From positions 333,126,001 through 333,190,000 of the forward strand of contig OZ024742.1 of assembly GCA_964016885.1 (NCBI GenBank): 64,000 nucleotides of DNA. The letters run 5' to 3'. The position numbers were made by a program, and so were the translations under genes. Every line of letters begins with the position of its first letter. The first letter of the stretch is position 1. The stretch is from Eledone cirrhosa. Its lineage: Eukaryota. The notes under the pieces are model-generated. The model was not told the DNA's origin. It made no database searches and worked only from the letters and a program-made list of their open reading frames with translations. This document shows, in pieces, positions 16,566 to 31,509 of the stretch.

Positions 16566-16837
16566 TGGATGTGTTTGTGTGTGCGTGTGTGTGTGAGCAT
16601 ATATATATATATATATATATACATATACTTCTCCAACGCACAGAGCAAAAACCAATTAGTTTAAGAAGAGATATGTTGCACCTGCCATGATGAAATATGT
16701 TGTTATTGTTGTTGACCATATCAATTGCCAGGTGGTGTAATGCACTTGCTGCACTAGTGTACTAGATATTGTGCATGTTTTCATTCCCCGAAATACTATT
16801 CTTTTACAACTAAACATTCATCGGGAACGCACCATAC

Positions 16838-17830
<993 letters not shown>

Positions 17831-17879
17831 TCATCAACATATGAAGTCTGACGAATTGGTATGAAAGTATAATAATCGA

Positions 17880-18080
17880 TCATATCCGCTCGTACTTCTC
17901 CGTCTGGCATCAACTTTTTACATGCTATATTTAACTACGTACTATTGGAATCATACAGCAGTGGGTAGAGTATTTGTCGTTGACATAGAGTTTCTTAATA
18001 TGAATCACATGCCCAGGCCAGGTGAAATTTCGTCGCGCCAATATCTCCTCAGTGCTACACAATTTGGATACATTTGGAAA
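17880..18080 (-). mobile_element. Decayed RTE LINE fragment
   Basis: Reverse frame reads TEEILARRNFTWPGHVIHI, a degenerate RRLRWxGHV motif. Confidence 0.45.
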
Positions 18081-18454
18081 GAGACTTTTTTCTGACATTT
18101 ATTATCGTAATAGCTACCATATCTCTTATACAAATACATAAATACATAAAGCCTGTATAAAACTGCTTCAATTTTTGACGTATTTCGTGAGAAAGTATTA
18201 AGAATGCTAACCTTGAAATCTTTCAGGAGCCAACCATCGTAAGATAGACAAACCCACACACACACACATATATATGTATATATATATATATATGGCTTGT
18301 TTTCCACGTGCCTTGTTTATACATAGTGCATTATATTATTGCTTGCGTTTGTTCTATATAAGTGTAGTATAAGTGTATGTATATCTAGCGTGATAATCGA
18401 AGGTAAATAGGATAGCTGGAGCAATAAGTCTTGTTTACGTATATATATAATAAT

Positions 18455-18650
18455 AATTATTATTATTATTTCTACTTTTGGTACAAGGCGAGCAATTACC
18501 AAGTACATTACTGGTACTTTATTTTATCGACCCCATAAGGATGAAAGGCAAACTTAACCTCGGTGGGATTTGAACTCAGTCCGTAAAGGGACGTAACTCC
18601 ATGCTAGTAATCATCGCGTCCGACTCTCTACCGACACTGCAAATCTACCA
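18455..18650 (-). mobile_element. SINE family 1, short variant
   Basis: Reverse complement of the family consensus; sits in (AAT)n. Confidence 0.9.
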
Positions 18651-19012
18651 ATAATAATAATAATAATATTTATACATATGTGTGTGTTTGTGTTTCTGTG
18701 TGCGTGTGTCTGTGTTACGAAAGCTTGTACAATTCAATTAAGAAACACAGCAGTGGAAACTAGATTAAAAAAAAAAAAAAAGTTTACACTTTTACTTTAT
18801 AGTTCATGATATTACAGGCATATCACTAGTGGATAATTAATTTTGCTCCAGATTTGATTCTGCATTTCTAGCTTGCATCGTATTGGTTTTACCAAGACAT
18901 TTCTACCAACATATTTCACAAGCCTTCATATAGATTTCACGTATGTAAATAAGTATGTGTGTATGTGAGTAAGTATGAATGATGTATGTACAATTATATG
19001 TATAAATATACG

Positions 19013-19070
<58 letters not shown>

Positions 19071-19987
19071 TATATATATATATATATATACTTGCGTATG
19101 TCGGGGGGGGGGTCTGTTAGTGTGGGTATGCGTGTGTGTGATTGCGTGTGGGTATAAATGTATGTGTTTGTACGTATTCGAACTCGCATGCGTAAGACGT
19201 TTTTTTTTTCTTTCTTCAAAGAATTCTTCATATTGTACAATTTACTTTCACCTGATGCATTATCACATGACCTGGTGTTTGCTGCATCAGGTGGCAGTTA
19301 GACGAAATTGAATTTCTCACAAAAATCACCCCCACCTCTTTACATCCAAACCACAAATTTAGAAAATACAGAAAAAAAAATAAGGAAAGATTGTTATGAA
19401 ACTTAAGTAATATAATTGAACCAACAACAACAATAACAAAACATAATTTCAAAAGTAAAGCAATAGCAGTAATATCAACGACAGACAATAACAACAACAA
19501 CAACAACGATAATTTCCCACAACAGTATCAGAAACGTTTAAAAAAAACACAAAGAAAAAATCAACAATAATATAATTAATGATGATAATTACAGCAATAG
19601 CAACCATGACGATAAACCATTACAAAAACAATATGAACAACAACAATAGCAAACAATAAGAAAACCCATTACAATAATATCGACAACAACAAGGACAGTA
19701 GCAGCAGCAGCAGCAACAACAATATCAACCATTAAGTAAACCCATTACATCAATAATAGCAACAATAATACCAACAAAATGAGGAAAAACTATAATAAAC
19801 GAAATTACAAACAATAATAATATTTATAAATTAAACAATTTGATTTATTGATTTAGTAAAACTTTCATTACCTTGGTTTAATTAACGGAATAGTCTCCCT
19901 TGAATGATTACTGTAAATGACTAATTACATTGCGGCAGACATCAAAGGATATAATACTCAGTGTAATATTATCGCTGCTTCCACATA

Positions 19988-20072
<85 letters not shown>

Positions 20073-20427
20073 ACACACACACACACCCACACACCCACAC
20101 ACACACATACACACACATATATATATAAATATATATACATATATATATACATACATACTTGCATACATACATACATGCATATACATACATATTTAGATAT
20201 ATACATGCATACACACATAAATACGTACAGAAGCACACACACTCACATAAATACATATCCATATATACACAGAATATATATATACAATACACACATATAC
20301 ATATCAATATACACACAGAATATACATATACAAAATATATATGTACAGACACAACATATTCACACGCACAGTGATACACACAGATTCACATACTATAGTG
20401 TTTCTGGTATACTCATTGTCGTTGATT

Positions 20428-20460
20428 GTGATGATGATGATGATGCTGAAGATGATAGCA

Positions 20461-20492
<32 letters not shown>

Positions 20493-21180
20493 GATGATAA
20501 TGATAATGATGATGATGATTGCGACGATCATGGCGGTGATGAAGATAATGTTCAGAATGTCGATGGCAATGATGAGGAAACTGGCGACGACGGTAATAGT
20601 GAATATTTATGGTGAAAATCATGGGAATGACAATGGTAATATACTGGTGCTGCTGCTGATGATGATGATGATGACGACGTTAGCGATGATGATGGTGGTG
20701 ATGATGATGATGATGATGATGACGACGACGACGATGATGATGACGACGACGACGACGACGACGATGATGATGGTGATGATGGTGATTTTGATAATGATGA
20801 TGATGATGATTTTGATGATGGTGATGATGATGATGATGAAGATAGCGATGATGATGATGATGGTGATGATGATGATGATGATGATTTTGATGATGATGAT
20901 GATACTGATAGCGATGATGATGATGGTTTTGATGATGGTGATGATGATGATGATTGTGATGATGATGATGATTGTGATGATGATGATGATAGCCATGATG
21001 ATGATGATTTTGATGATGGTGATGATGATGATTTTGATGATTATGATGATGGTGATGATGATTTTGATGATGATGATGATGATGATGATTTTGATGATGA
21101 TGATGCTGATGATAGCGATGATGATGATGATGATTTAGATGATGTTGATGATGACGATGATGTCGATAAATATAATGATG
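20428..21180. repeat. Long imperfect (GAT)n tract
   Basis: Direct inspection; source of the poly-Met/Asp/Ile ORFs. Confidence 0.95.
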
Positions 21181-21407
21181 ATTGTGAGCTTATTTAAAAT
21201 CATTGATATGGAAGAATAGTTACATAGTGATGTTAATGACAATTATGAAAAAACTGGTGCGGATTTTGTTGCTTATCCTCACCCCAACAGATAGTAGATT
21301 TGTTGTTGACTATGTGGGTGTTGTTGCTGTAGTTGTTGTTCCTGTTGATTCTGTTAATGTTACTGTAATTGCAATGTGGCATATTTATATATATGTATTC
21401 TATACAT

Positions 21408-21578
21408 TATCGGTAGAGGGTCGTTCGCCATGCTTTCCAGCATAGTTACGTCCCTTTACGATCTGAGTTCAAATCCCGCCGAGGTTGACTTTGCCTTTCA
21501 TCCTTACGGGGTCGATAAAATAAAGTACCAGTAATGTACTGGATAATTGCTGGCCTTGTGCCTAAAGTAGAAACAATT
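21408..21578 (+). mobile_element. SINE family 1, slightly 5' truncated
   Basis: Near-identical to the reverse complement of 43596-43782. Confidence 0.9.
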
Positions 21579-21612
21579 AAATATCTGACTAACAAAATGA
21601 CAAGTCAGTCAA

Positions 21613-21925
21613 TTATATTGGTGGTCTCTCCACATCCCCGACAGACAGAATAGAGAAGGCGTTTCCCCGGGGTACGGCAAGGGAGACGCGCTGGAAAAGC
21701 CACTCCAACTCGTGGGGCTCACACCTGCGGCTGGCCAGCTCAGCGCCTATGGTGGTGAGTAGGAAGGTAGCCCTAGGGCCGAGGACACCAGAAGTCTCCA
21801 CTGCCAAGGGTACAACCGCAAAACTGTCGGAGAGCGACCAGTATTTGAAGTGTTTGGCCTCCTCAGCTCGACGTGCAGCAGAACCTGGGTTAGTCACAGA
21901 CTGCACCAGGTTGCGGCTACAATAG
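21613..21925 (-). mobile_element. CRE-clade non-LTR retrotransposon 3' end (restriction-like endonuclease C-terminus)
   Basis: AARRAEEAKHFKY..FAVVPLAVETSGVLG..WLFQRVSLAVPRGNAFSIL matches the CRE ORF end pattern; GC-rich island. Confidence 0.85.
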
Positions 21926-21956
21926 TATGGTAATATTATCATTAGTATTATTAATC

Positions 21957-22450
21957 GAGCAGAGAATTGGCTCGGTAGTCAGAGTAAACATAGTATTTGT
22001 TCCAGCTCCTTACTTTCTGAAAATCAACTTTGCCTGTCATCCTTCAAGTATCAATAAAATAAAAGTAACTTGATATAATCCACATTCGCTACCCCAAAAT
22101 TGCAGGCCTTGTGCCTAAATTAGAAATATTGTAGAGCTTTCATGAAGGCTGGTGGATTGGCAGTATCGGTAGGGCGTTGGACAATTTACGTTCTGAGTTC
22201 AATTCCTGTCGAGGATAACTTTCCTCGATAACATAAAGTAAGAGTAACGCTCTCTGTTCGATTTAATCAAATTTCCCCCTCCCATCAATTCGCTGGCTTT
22301 GTGCCAAACGTAAAAACTATTACTATATGGCGGTGGATCGGCTGCATTGACAGAGCTTCGGGCAAAATATTTGCAGTATTTAGTTAAAAGTCCCCACGTA
22401 TTTAGTTCAAATTTGCTTTCCAACCGTCTGGGTTCGATAAAACTTACTAA
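21957..22450 (+). mobile_element. Three consecutive decayed SINE family 1 copies (~21957, 22147, 22329)
   Basis: Repeated gg(c)ggtgga(t)tggc heads, gttcaa B boxes and ggccttgtgcc tails. Confidence 0.75.
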
Positions 22451-23469
22451 CAATTGAGAATAATTATTATCCATATGGTAGTGGTATAACAGTATTAATA
22501 AAACCATCAAAACAATGATAGAAATCAATATTAATATCATTAGTATGATGGGTAACATGTTGAAATGTTTGAATTCTGAACGAAATACGTTGATTACGAA
22601 ACTTTTTTTCTGATTTCAAATAATGCTTTTGTAATTTTTACCATTAATCATTCCGTCGTCGATGAAATAAAGTACCACACCGGTACTTGCGTCAGTTTAA
22701 TAGATTATGTCCAAACAATACGTTTTTAAACGGAGCATTTCTTTATTTCGTTATCATTATAATATTTTCGTTCCAAGATTCAATCTCGGAATATTACCAA
22801 CTTTATGTCTTTCTGTTGAATACCTTCTCCTTGAGTTATTAGCTTTACGAGGCGTCCCAGAACTTGCAACTCATTGTTCGGCAATTATATTTTTTATTAG
22901 TCATATCATGTGTTTCTTAATATAGCGTGAATCCCTGTTAATAATGATATATCCACAACCGATAGCCAAGGTTTAACTCTTAATATCTTATAATGATTCA
23001 TAAGAAAACATCTAAAACATGATTTGTTTATGCAAATGTTTACAGTACGTATATTAGTGAGTAGACCACTGTGAAAACTCGAAACATTAAGTAAAGACCT
23101 GACTGTTTAATCTGGTGCAGTCAAAGTGCTCTTTCGTACTATTCATTAATATCTGGCTAATATGGTTTCATGTGGTACAGGAAGTTGGGTTTTTCAAATT
23201 TCGCACCTAGGGCGACGAATCTGCTCACAGGGATCATAAATCAGCTTAGAATCCTTAGAATTCCATGTACATTTAACATTTAAATTTTCTACTGGTTTCA
23301 GGGCTTTACCTTCACAATAAGGGTTGATATTTTTAGACAATTATAAACATTCCCATGCATTGCTCTATATTCCAGTTATGCGTTTCTATTGATCGAATTT
23401 CTGAGATTATCCCTTCAGTTATTTCAGATTTAAATTGTTTCATACTATAGTGCGCAATGATGATGATGA

Positions 23470-24015
23470 TGTTAATGTACGTGTGTGCGTTAATGTCCTC
23501 TATGTTTCACTCACTGCCTCCATTTCTGTCACTCTCCCCATTTCTGGCTATTATATGCACATGGGAGCTCACAAGCCAACAGCCCCGCATTCCCGGTGGA
23601 CAGAATAGAGAAGTCGTTTCCCTGGAGGATGGAGAGGGATATGCATTGGAAGAGCCATTCCATCTTGCTGGGATCACACCTGCGGATAGCCAACTCCGTG
23701 CAGATAGTGGTGAGTAGGGAGTTAGCCATAGTGCTAAGAACACCTGACGTATCCACAACTACAGGCTCGATCACAAACCTATTGGAGAGCGACCTATATT
23801 TGAAGAGCTTACCCTCGTGGATTAGTTGCAGACTGTACCAGGTAGCCGCTGAAGAAAGTGTCGAATAATGTGGCTTTCCCAGATGAGGGGTTTACCGCCC
23901 GGGAACGGGGAGAGGGTTATGCTGTTCGCTCGGTCCAGCCCCGCCAGCTGGACCTGGTAGAGGAATCCTGCAGAATCTAAACCAGGTTTATGCTCTCGTT
24001 GAGTGCTGCGGTTTC
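23470..24015 (-). mobile_element. Second, more decayed CRE fragment
   Basis: Frameshifted AALNESI..GLDSAG..GLDRA.NSITLSPFPGGKPLIW..DTF..KYRSLS.RF..PVVVDTSG..WLFQCISLSILQGN; homologous to 21613. Confidence 0.8.
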
Positions 24016-24808
24016 CTAAGTCGCCAACAAATCCGTTCGAACTCGAGGCCTAAATAGTAATTCGGCCGCTGTCTGACACTGTATTAAATATGTTAAAATT
24101 AACGTGAGTTTAGTTTTCCACCAGATGGTGTCACTGTGCATGTTTTTCTCTGTATTTTTTTTTTATATTTACTTTAATCCCTACAGGGTTAGCAAAAAAC
24201 GTTTTACATTTTCTCTTTTTGCCGGAACAGAAAATGTATTACGTGAGAAATGTCAATAGTCTCAAGCAATTTTCCATTTAAAGTTTTTATTTAATTCTTT
24301 CAAATTTACTTCAATAAAAATAACAACAACGATAAAAATATAATTATTAAAAAAGATGTTTAGATGGAATAATCGATAAAAAATGAATTATAGAACAGAA
24401 AAACATACAGGAAAGACATTGTCTTAAGGGAAAATAATAAATATGATGAAAATTGATTTTAAAAAAATGAAAAAAACATGAAACATTTAGAAATAAAAAG
24501 AATCACAAAATAATTGTTTGAAATTAATTATGAAATTAATAATGTGATTAACTGTCAAAATGTTGTCCATTAAGATAGCACTTTTCAGAATAATTAATAT
24601 AAAACTGTGTTCTTTTATCACTTATATGATGGAACTAAACATATCACACTGTGGCTAAGGTACATCTACATATCCATCTATACATGGTCCCTTCACCCCC
24701 GTTGAAGATATTGGCTTGTGGTTGTAATATACGTGGTATTTTCAGTACTAAACATAGAATAGTCAATTTCGCAGGAAAATGAGCTAGGTATATATACATA
24801 TATAAATA

Positions 24809-24984
<176 letters not shown>

Positions 24985-25024
24985 TATTTCCACAATAGTT
25001 AATAATACACAGGGGCAATAATTA

Positions 25025-25066
<42 letters not shown>

Positions 25067-25347
25067 TAATTTTGAAGATATATATATATATATCTTCAAA
25101 ATTAAAATGATATCCAAAATAAAAATTAAGGGTTGTTATGTCTTAGAGTCAGACATGAAATGTATATCTTACTTAAAGAAATATATACAAAGGAGATTAA
25201 TCATTTTAAAAGGTATCTATATTTGAAGTTCTAGTTAAACTTTAATTAGTTACCAACCTAACTATGTGTGCTTACATTCTTTACAAATTATTCCCTGTGA
25301 TTGTTTCATATGTTTATTTTATACATATATATATGTCAATCTATTTC

Positions 25348-25403
<56 letters not shown>

Positions 25404-25405
<2 letters not shown>

Positions 25406-25883
25406 CGGAATCATGGATCAACTAAGTACTCTTGCTATATTAGCACATTTTGATCTGCTTAACTTCAATGACTATGCTTGTAAATAACATTATTTTTTCT
25501 TCCACATTGACTGTTTACGTTCCACATTATGCACGTTTTTTTTCCTATTTCTTTTTTTTTTCACTTCATAAACCTTGTTTGTAAATAACATTATTCTTTC
25601 TGCACCTTCTGTTTAACATGTCCGACACCACACTAATACATTTCACTATCATTTGATAATGCATAAATAAGCCGAAACCGGTAATAGACAATAATTATAT
25701 ATATAAATAGATAAATAAATGCCATTGTTAAATAATAAATAAAACAACTAATACCATAACACTACACACAACGTAAAACATTTAGTTTTAATCATTTTCT
25801 AACACAGAAAAGAGAGAGAGAGAAACAATAAAGGGAAACAAATATATTTTTCTTCCTAATAATCGTCTCTTTCTCTCTGTTTA
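25404..25883 (+). mobile_element. Family A, second long copy (no inverted arm)
   Basis: Colinear with 1986-2466; (TA)n on both sides; hammerhead-like motif at 25646-25687. Confidence 0.8.
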
Positions 25884-25888
25884 AATAA

Positions 25889-25921
<33 letters not shown>

Positions 25922-25952
25922 GTTGTATACAAATATATATATATATTTATAT

Positions 25953-26152
25953 ATAGTAATAATAATAAAGTTGAAGACTAAAATCCAAAGAGGGCTTGAT
26001 AAGGATAAATATATATCAAATATATAAGAATCGTAGAGCAAATATTTATTAAAACGGGATTTTTTGAAACTAACTTTGTTAGTTTCAGAAGAACCCGTTA
26101 AGGGTAAAGGCAGCGATTCTTTGCTTAAACTTTAATCTGTTATTTTAATAAA

Positions 26153-26153
<1 letters not shown>
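25953..26153. mobile_element. Family B (PLE terminal repeat) head-to-head fragment
   Basis: Shares gttagtttcagaaga..gcagcgattctttgcttaaactttaatctgttattttaataaa with the reverse of 61780-61860; in (TA)n. Confidence 0.8.
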
Positions 26154-26189
<36 letters not shown>

Positions 26190-26388
26190 GTATGGTTGCA
26201 AGGTAAATGCTTCCGTAGGCGGTATGCCGGTTGAGCACTCCATGCTCATGCAGAGCAGAGCATAATCTTATAAAGAACGAGGATTCAGTGTTGCGTCATA
26301 TCGCATTTATCAAAATATTACATATGTTTCTCTATCGATCAGCTCCAAGCAAGATTTATTACAGATCGAACCCGATATATATATATAT

Positions 26389-26456
<68 letters not shown>

Positions 26457-26869
26457 AGAGACGGACAGAGAGACACAAATATATATATACTGAGAGAGAG
26501 GGGGAGAAATTGAGTGATATATAGAAGAACAAAGATCAAACCGGAACAACTATTGCAATACTTTGACGTACCAATTGACCATAAATTTTACACAGGTGCA
26601 ATAATTATAATTGAACTTGCATTCTGTTTTACAATATAAAAAATTAAGGAAGCGGAAACTATTTTTGAGAATAAAATATATAATTAATTAAAATGAAATT
26701 GAATAAAACAATTTTTTTTATTTGTATATTTGCATTAAATGTACATTACGAAACAATAATACCGTTTAACAATCAATTAATTTCAGATGTAACATATTGA
26801 TTAATTCCATCGACTATTTTTTATGAGACAAGCGGAAAAACAAAGACTATTGTTGTTATTGATATGTAG

Positions 26870-26903
<34 letters not shown>

Positions 26904-26952
26904 AAGTGTGTATATAGTAATATATAGTAATAATATATATATATATATATAT

Positions 26953-27048
<96 letters not shown>

Positions 27049-27050
<2 letters not shown>

Positions 27051-27285
27051 GTAATAATAATAAATTTGAAGACTAAAATCCAAAGAGGGCTCGATAAGGA
27101 TAAATATATATCAAATATATAAGAATCGTAGAGCAAATATTTATAAAAATAACAGATTAAAGTGTAACAAAGAATCGCTGCTTTCACCCTTAACGGGATC
27201 TTCTGAAGCAGAGTTTCAGAAGATCCCGTTAAGGGTGAAAGCAGCGATTCTTTGTTACACTTTAATCTGTTATTTTAATAAATAT
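27049..27285. mobile_element. Family B fold-back copy with ~70-bp near-perfect hairpin
   Basis: Arms 27136-27207 and 27215-27284; in (TA)n. Confidence 0.85.
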
Positions 27286-27312
27286 ATATATATATATATA
27301 ATTGTATATATA

Positions 27313-27376
<64 letters not shown>

Positions 27377-27534
27377 GAGACAAAGAGAGAAGAGAGAGTT
27401 AGATAGACAGATAGATGCCCGCATGTCTGTATGAATGTATGTATCAGGATGTGTATGTGTTAAAAACACGGCTATGTACAAGTTACAATCTTTCCTATTC
27501 GAGATTTTACTCATTTCCTGATACGATGTTTGCA

Positions 27535-27688
27535 ATAATTGTTTCTGCTTTTGGCACAATGCCAGCAATTATCACAGTTTATTGCTGGTACTTTATTTTT
27601 ATCGGCCCCGTAAGGATGAAAGGCAAAGTTAACCTCGGCGGGATTTGATCTCAAATCATAAAGGTTGAAATCCCGCCGAGCTTAACTT
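27535..27688 (-). mobile_element. SINE family 1, 5' truncated with a short inversion
   Basis: Core and tail present; ends in an inverted copy of aagttaacctcggcgggattt. Confidence 0.8.
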
Positions 27689-28184
27689 AAGAGGTTGCCT
27701 TTTCTAGGCACACGCAAGCCCACATCCATACGCAAACGCAAACGTACATACACATGCATATATGTATATGTCTAAGTAGGCACATACATATATATGGGTG
27801 TGTGTGGTTAGATTGACTGCTTGTCGCAACCATAGCGGTAAAAATATATTGATTTCTAGTTCCATAGACCTTCTACTTACTTACCGTATCGGGATTGAAA
27901 TTGCTACTTGCAAGATAACCAGCTTCGCGAGATAAACTACAGTCGTTTCAAGTTGAAGGGAAAACATTTGTCGTCTTCATTTCAGAAACAAACGTTTTTA
28001 TATAAGAACAAGGCTCAACCGTTTTTTTTTATGTCAAGATATCGGTGTCGATATCACCGGGCTAACGCATTGCCAGTCTATCGACTGCGAACATGATTAA
28101 AAATCCAACTGATGTTTTTCCTCCAACATCTATAGGAAGATGAGGGAAAGATTGAACCATCACAGCAAAGCGGTGTCAGATGAT

Positions 28185-28400
28185 AAGTGTTTCTGATATA
28201 ACCCAAGGCCAACCATTTTAAGGGAGAGGAAAGGTGATTAAATCGTCCACAGCGCAGTACTGGTACTTTATTTTATCGAACACGTAAAGATGAAAGGGAA
28301 AGCTAACCGCGACGGTATTTGTACTCGCAACTTAAATGTCCTTAACAATAAAGTGCAAATCATGCTGCTTGGCATTCTAACGATACGGCTATTTCAACGA
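28185..28400 (-). mobile_element. SINE family 1, long variant, decayed
   Basis: tactggtactttattttatcga core and aaggcc tail. Confidence 0.7.
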
Positions 28401-28819
28401 GCTTGATGTGAGATAAGAAAAACAGGATTATTTTTGCTAATTCTACCGAAAATACAATCACTTCATTCGCATAAAAATTACAACATTCGGAAGATTAAAC
28501 AAGTGAAAATACGCATACCACAAGCTCGTATAAACGCATACACATGTACTCTTAAATTAATCATAGCAAAAACATATAAACACGCAAACACACACACAAA
28601 CACAGAAACACACACACACACAAACGCATGCACTCGTAAAATACCACACATGCACGCATAATCACACATATATACACACCCAATTCAGACATATCTATAA
28701 TGTGAATTATTAATGTAAAATAATCTTCTTCACATGTTTCCATAGAAAGCATGTCCCCGCCTCGCTAACCCATACCCACTGCAGATAAACACACACACAT
28801 ATATATATCCATTGTGATA

Positions 28820-28827
28820 TATATGTA

Positions 28828-28925
<98 letters not shown>

Positions 28926-29214
28926 TGAATATATACATCTATATATACATACATATATATATACATATATACATATATATTTATGTAAAGCATTTATGTA
29001 AAGTGAAATATATTTAAATATATATATATATATATGTATATGTGTATATATATATATTCATATATATATATAAATATGTATGTATATATGTATATGTATG
29101 TATGTATATACGTATACATATGTAATTATATATATGTATATATATATATGTATTTATATATATATATATATGTATGTATGGTTATATAAATGTATATGTA
29201 TATATATGTATAAA

Positions 29215-29245
<31 letters not shown>

Positions 29246-29413
29246 GCATATATATATATATATATATACATATATACATATAAATCATATACATATATTT
29301 ATACATATACATCTATATAAACATTTATATATATATATGTATATACATATATATAAATATACTGTATATATACATATATACATACGTATTTATATATATA
29401 TATGAATATATAT

Positions 29414-29480
<67 letters not shown>

Positions 29481-29926
29481 AATATATTTGTCTTTATATA
29501 AATGCTTATATAATCAGTTTTCTTAAAAACTAATTTTTCATAATATCTTCGTTGTTAATGGCTTGGGTGGAATGGTTCGATGGAGAACTGTTCATTGTTT
29601 GGATTTCATTGAATGAGGAACATGTAATTTTTATTGAAACGTCTTGAGTCATATTTCCACTTAAGGATACCGCTGGATACATACACTTATTTCTATCCGT
29701 ATTGTCAGACACCGTAGTAGAGAAAGAGAAATAATACACACACAATCACTCACACACACTTGGAAAAATGACATAATATCCAAAGTCAAAAAAAAAGACA
29801 CACATACTCTTTTATTTCTATTTCTATAACGGTATCAATAACGTTCTCCAGCTCGTTGACTATCTCTCTATATATTTGTATGTGTATGTGTGTGTCTATG
29901 TGTGTGAGTGTATGTTTAGGATTACA

Positions 29927-29989
<63 letters not shown>

Positions 29990-30109
29990 TCCCAAGCACA
30001 CACACACACATGTATATATATATATGACTATCATATATATATATATATATAATATAAATATACATATAGACATATATTAATAATAATAATAATAATATAT
30101 ATATATAAG

Positions 30110-30197
<88 letters not shown>

Positions 30198-30321
30198 ATA
30201 TAATATATATATATATATATGTCTATCATATATATATATGTAAATATATACAGGCACACACACACACACTTATATATATTGGCAACATATATATATTGGC
30301 AACATGACCCTCCCAAAGTAT

Positions 30322-30390
<69 letters not shown>

Positions 30391-30539
30391 CTGCTGTAAC
30401 ATATGATTCAGGAATGTACATATAATTGTGTTTGTCTGAAAATGTCATTATCTGTGCAGCGAATACATAATCTGACCCCATTTTGGGAAAAGTATAATAG
30501 TGCTACTGGTGTGTACACACACACACATACATATATATA

Positions 30540-30604
<65 letters not shown>

Positions 30605-30947
30605 ATATACATGTATGTATGTATATATACATGTATGTATGTATATATATGTATGTATGTACATATATATTTATGTATGTGTGTATATATATATATATGT
30701 ATGTATGCATATATATATTTATGTATGTATATATATATATATATATTTATGTATGTATATATATATATATATTTATGTATGTATATATATATATTTATTT
30801 ATGTATGTATGTATATATGTATGTATGTATGTATATATATATATATATATATATATTTATGTATGTATATATATATGTGTGTGTGTGTATGCATATATAT
30901 ATATATATATATATGTATGGATATATATATATTTATATATATGTATA

Positions 30948-30996
<49 letters not shown>

Positions 30997-31017
30997 ATAT
31001 ATATATACAAATATATG

Positions 31018-31085
<68 letters not shown>

Positions 31086-31136
31086 AATATATATATACAA
31101 ATATATGTATATGTGTGTATGATTACACACACACAC

Positions 31137-31194
<58 letters not shown>

Positions 31195-31201
31195 TATATA
31201 T

Positions 31202-31232
<31 letters not shown>
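28820..31232. repeat. Extended (TA)n/(TATG)n field with small unique islands
   Basis: Direct inspection. Confidence 0.95.
30278..30325 (+). mobile_element. Family C terminal stub with 11-bp stutter
   Basis: attggcaacat-(AT)n-attggcaacatgaccctcccaaagtataacaa. Confidence 0.7.
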
Positions 31233-31235
<3 letters not shown>

Positions 31236-31509
31236 TATCCATTACATATTATACTCTTGTACTCTTCTAAGTGGTAATTTCATATATTTTATATGCTCTT
31301 TTAGAACCCGGAGTGCTTAATGACACGTGTCTGTTATGATTGTAATGTAGTATTTATTTGAAATTATATGAGACTGCAGCCATTTATGCCAGCTTGAATT
31401 GCTAATGTCGATCAAATTTTACATTTTCCACACACTTCAACCGCGGAAGAAATCTATTCTTTTACAGATGGGGTTGGTAGCGAGAGTGAGAAATCTCATG
31501 ATAAAAATA

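Noticed and set aside
16652-16800. Minus-strand hydrophobic C-terminal-like frame (..[27 protein letters not shown])
   Set aside because: Weak acceptor and no homology evidence
17848-17875. CTGACGA..GAAA spacing
   Set aside because: Stems I and III do not form; likely chance
24118-24132. CTCF-like motif CCACCAGATGGTGTC
   Set aside because: A single motif match cannot be distinguished from chance without ChIP data
25068-25103. Small perfect palindrome aattttgaaga-(TA)n-tcttcaaaatt
   Set aside because: Only 11 unique bp per arm; too short to assign, though it resembles the family B end
26305-26345. Minus-strand CTGATCGA..GAAACATATGTA with palindromic stem III
   Set aside because: Core has an insertion, stem II is missing and stem I does not pair
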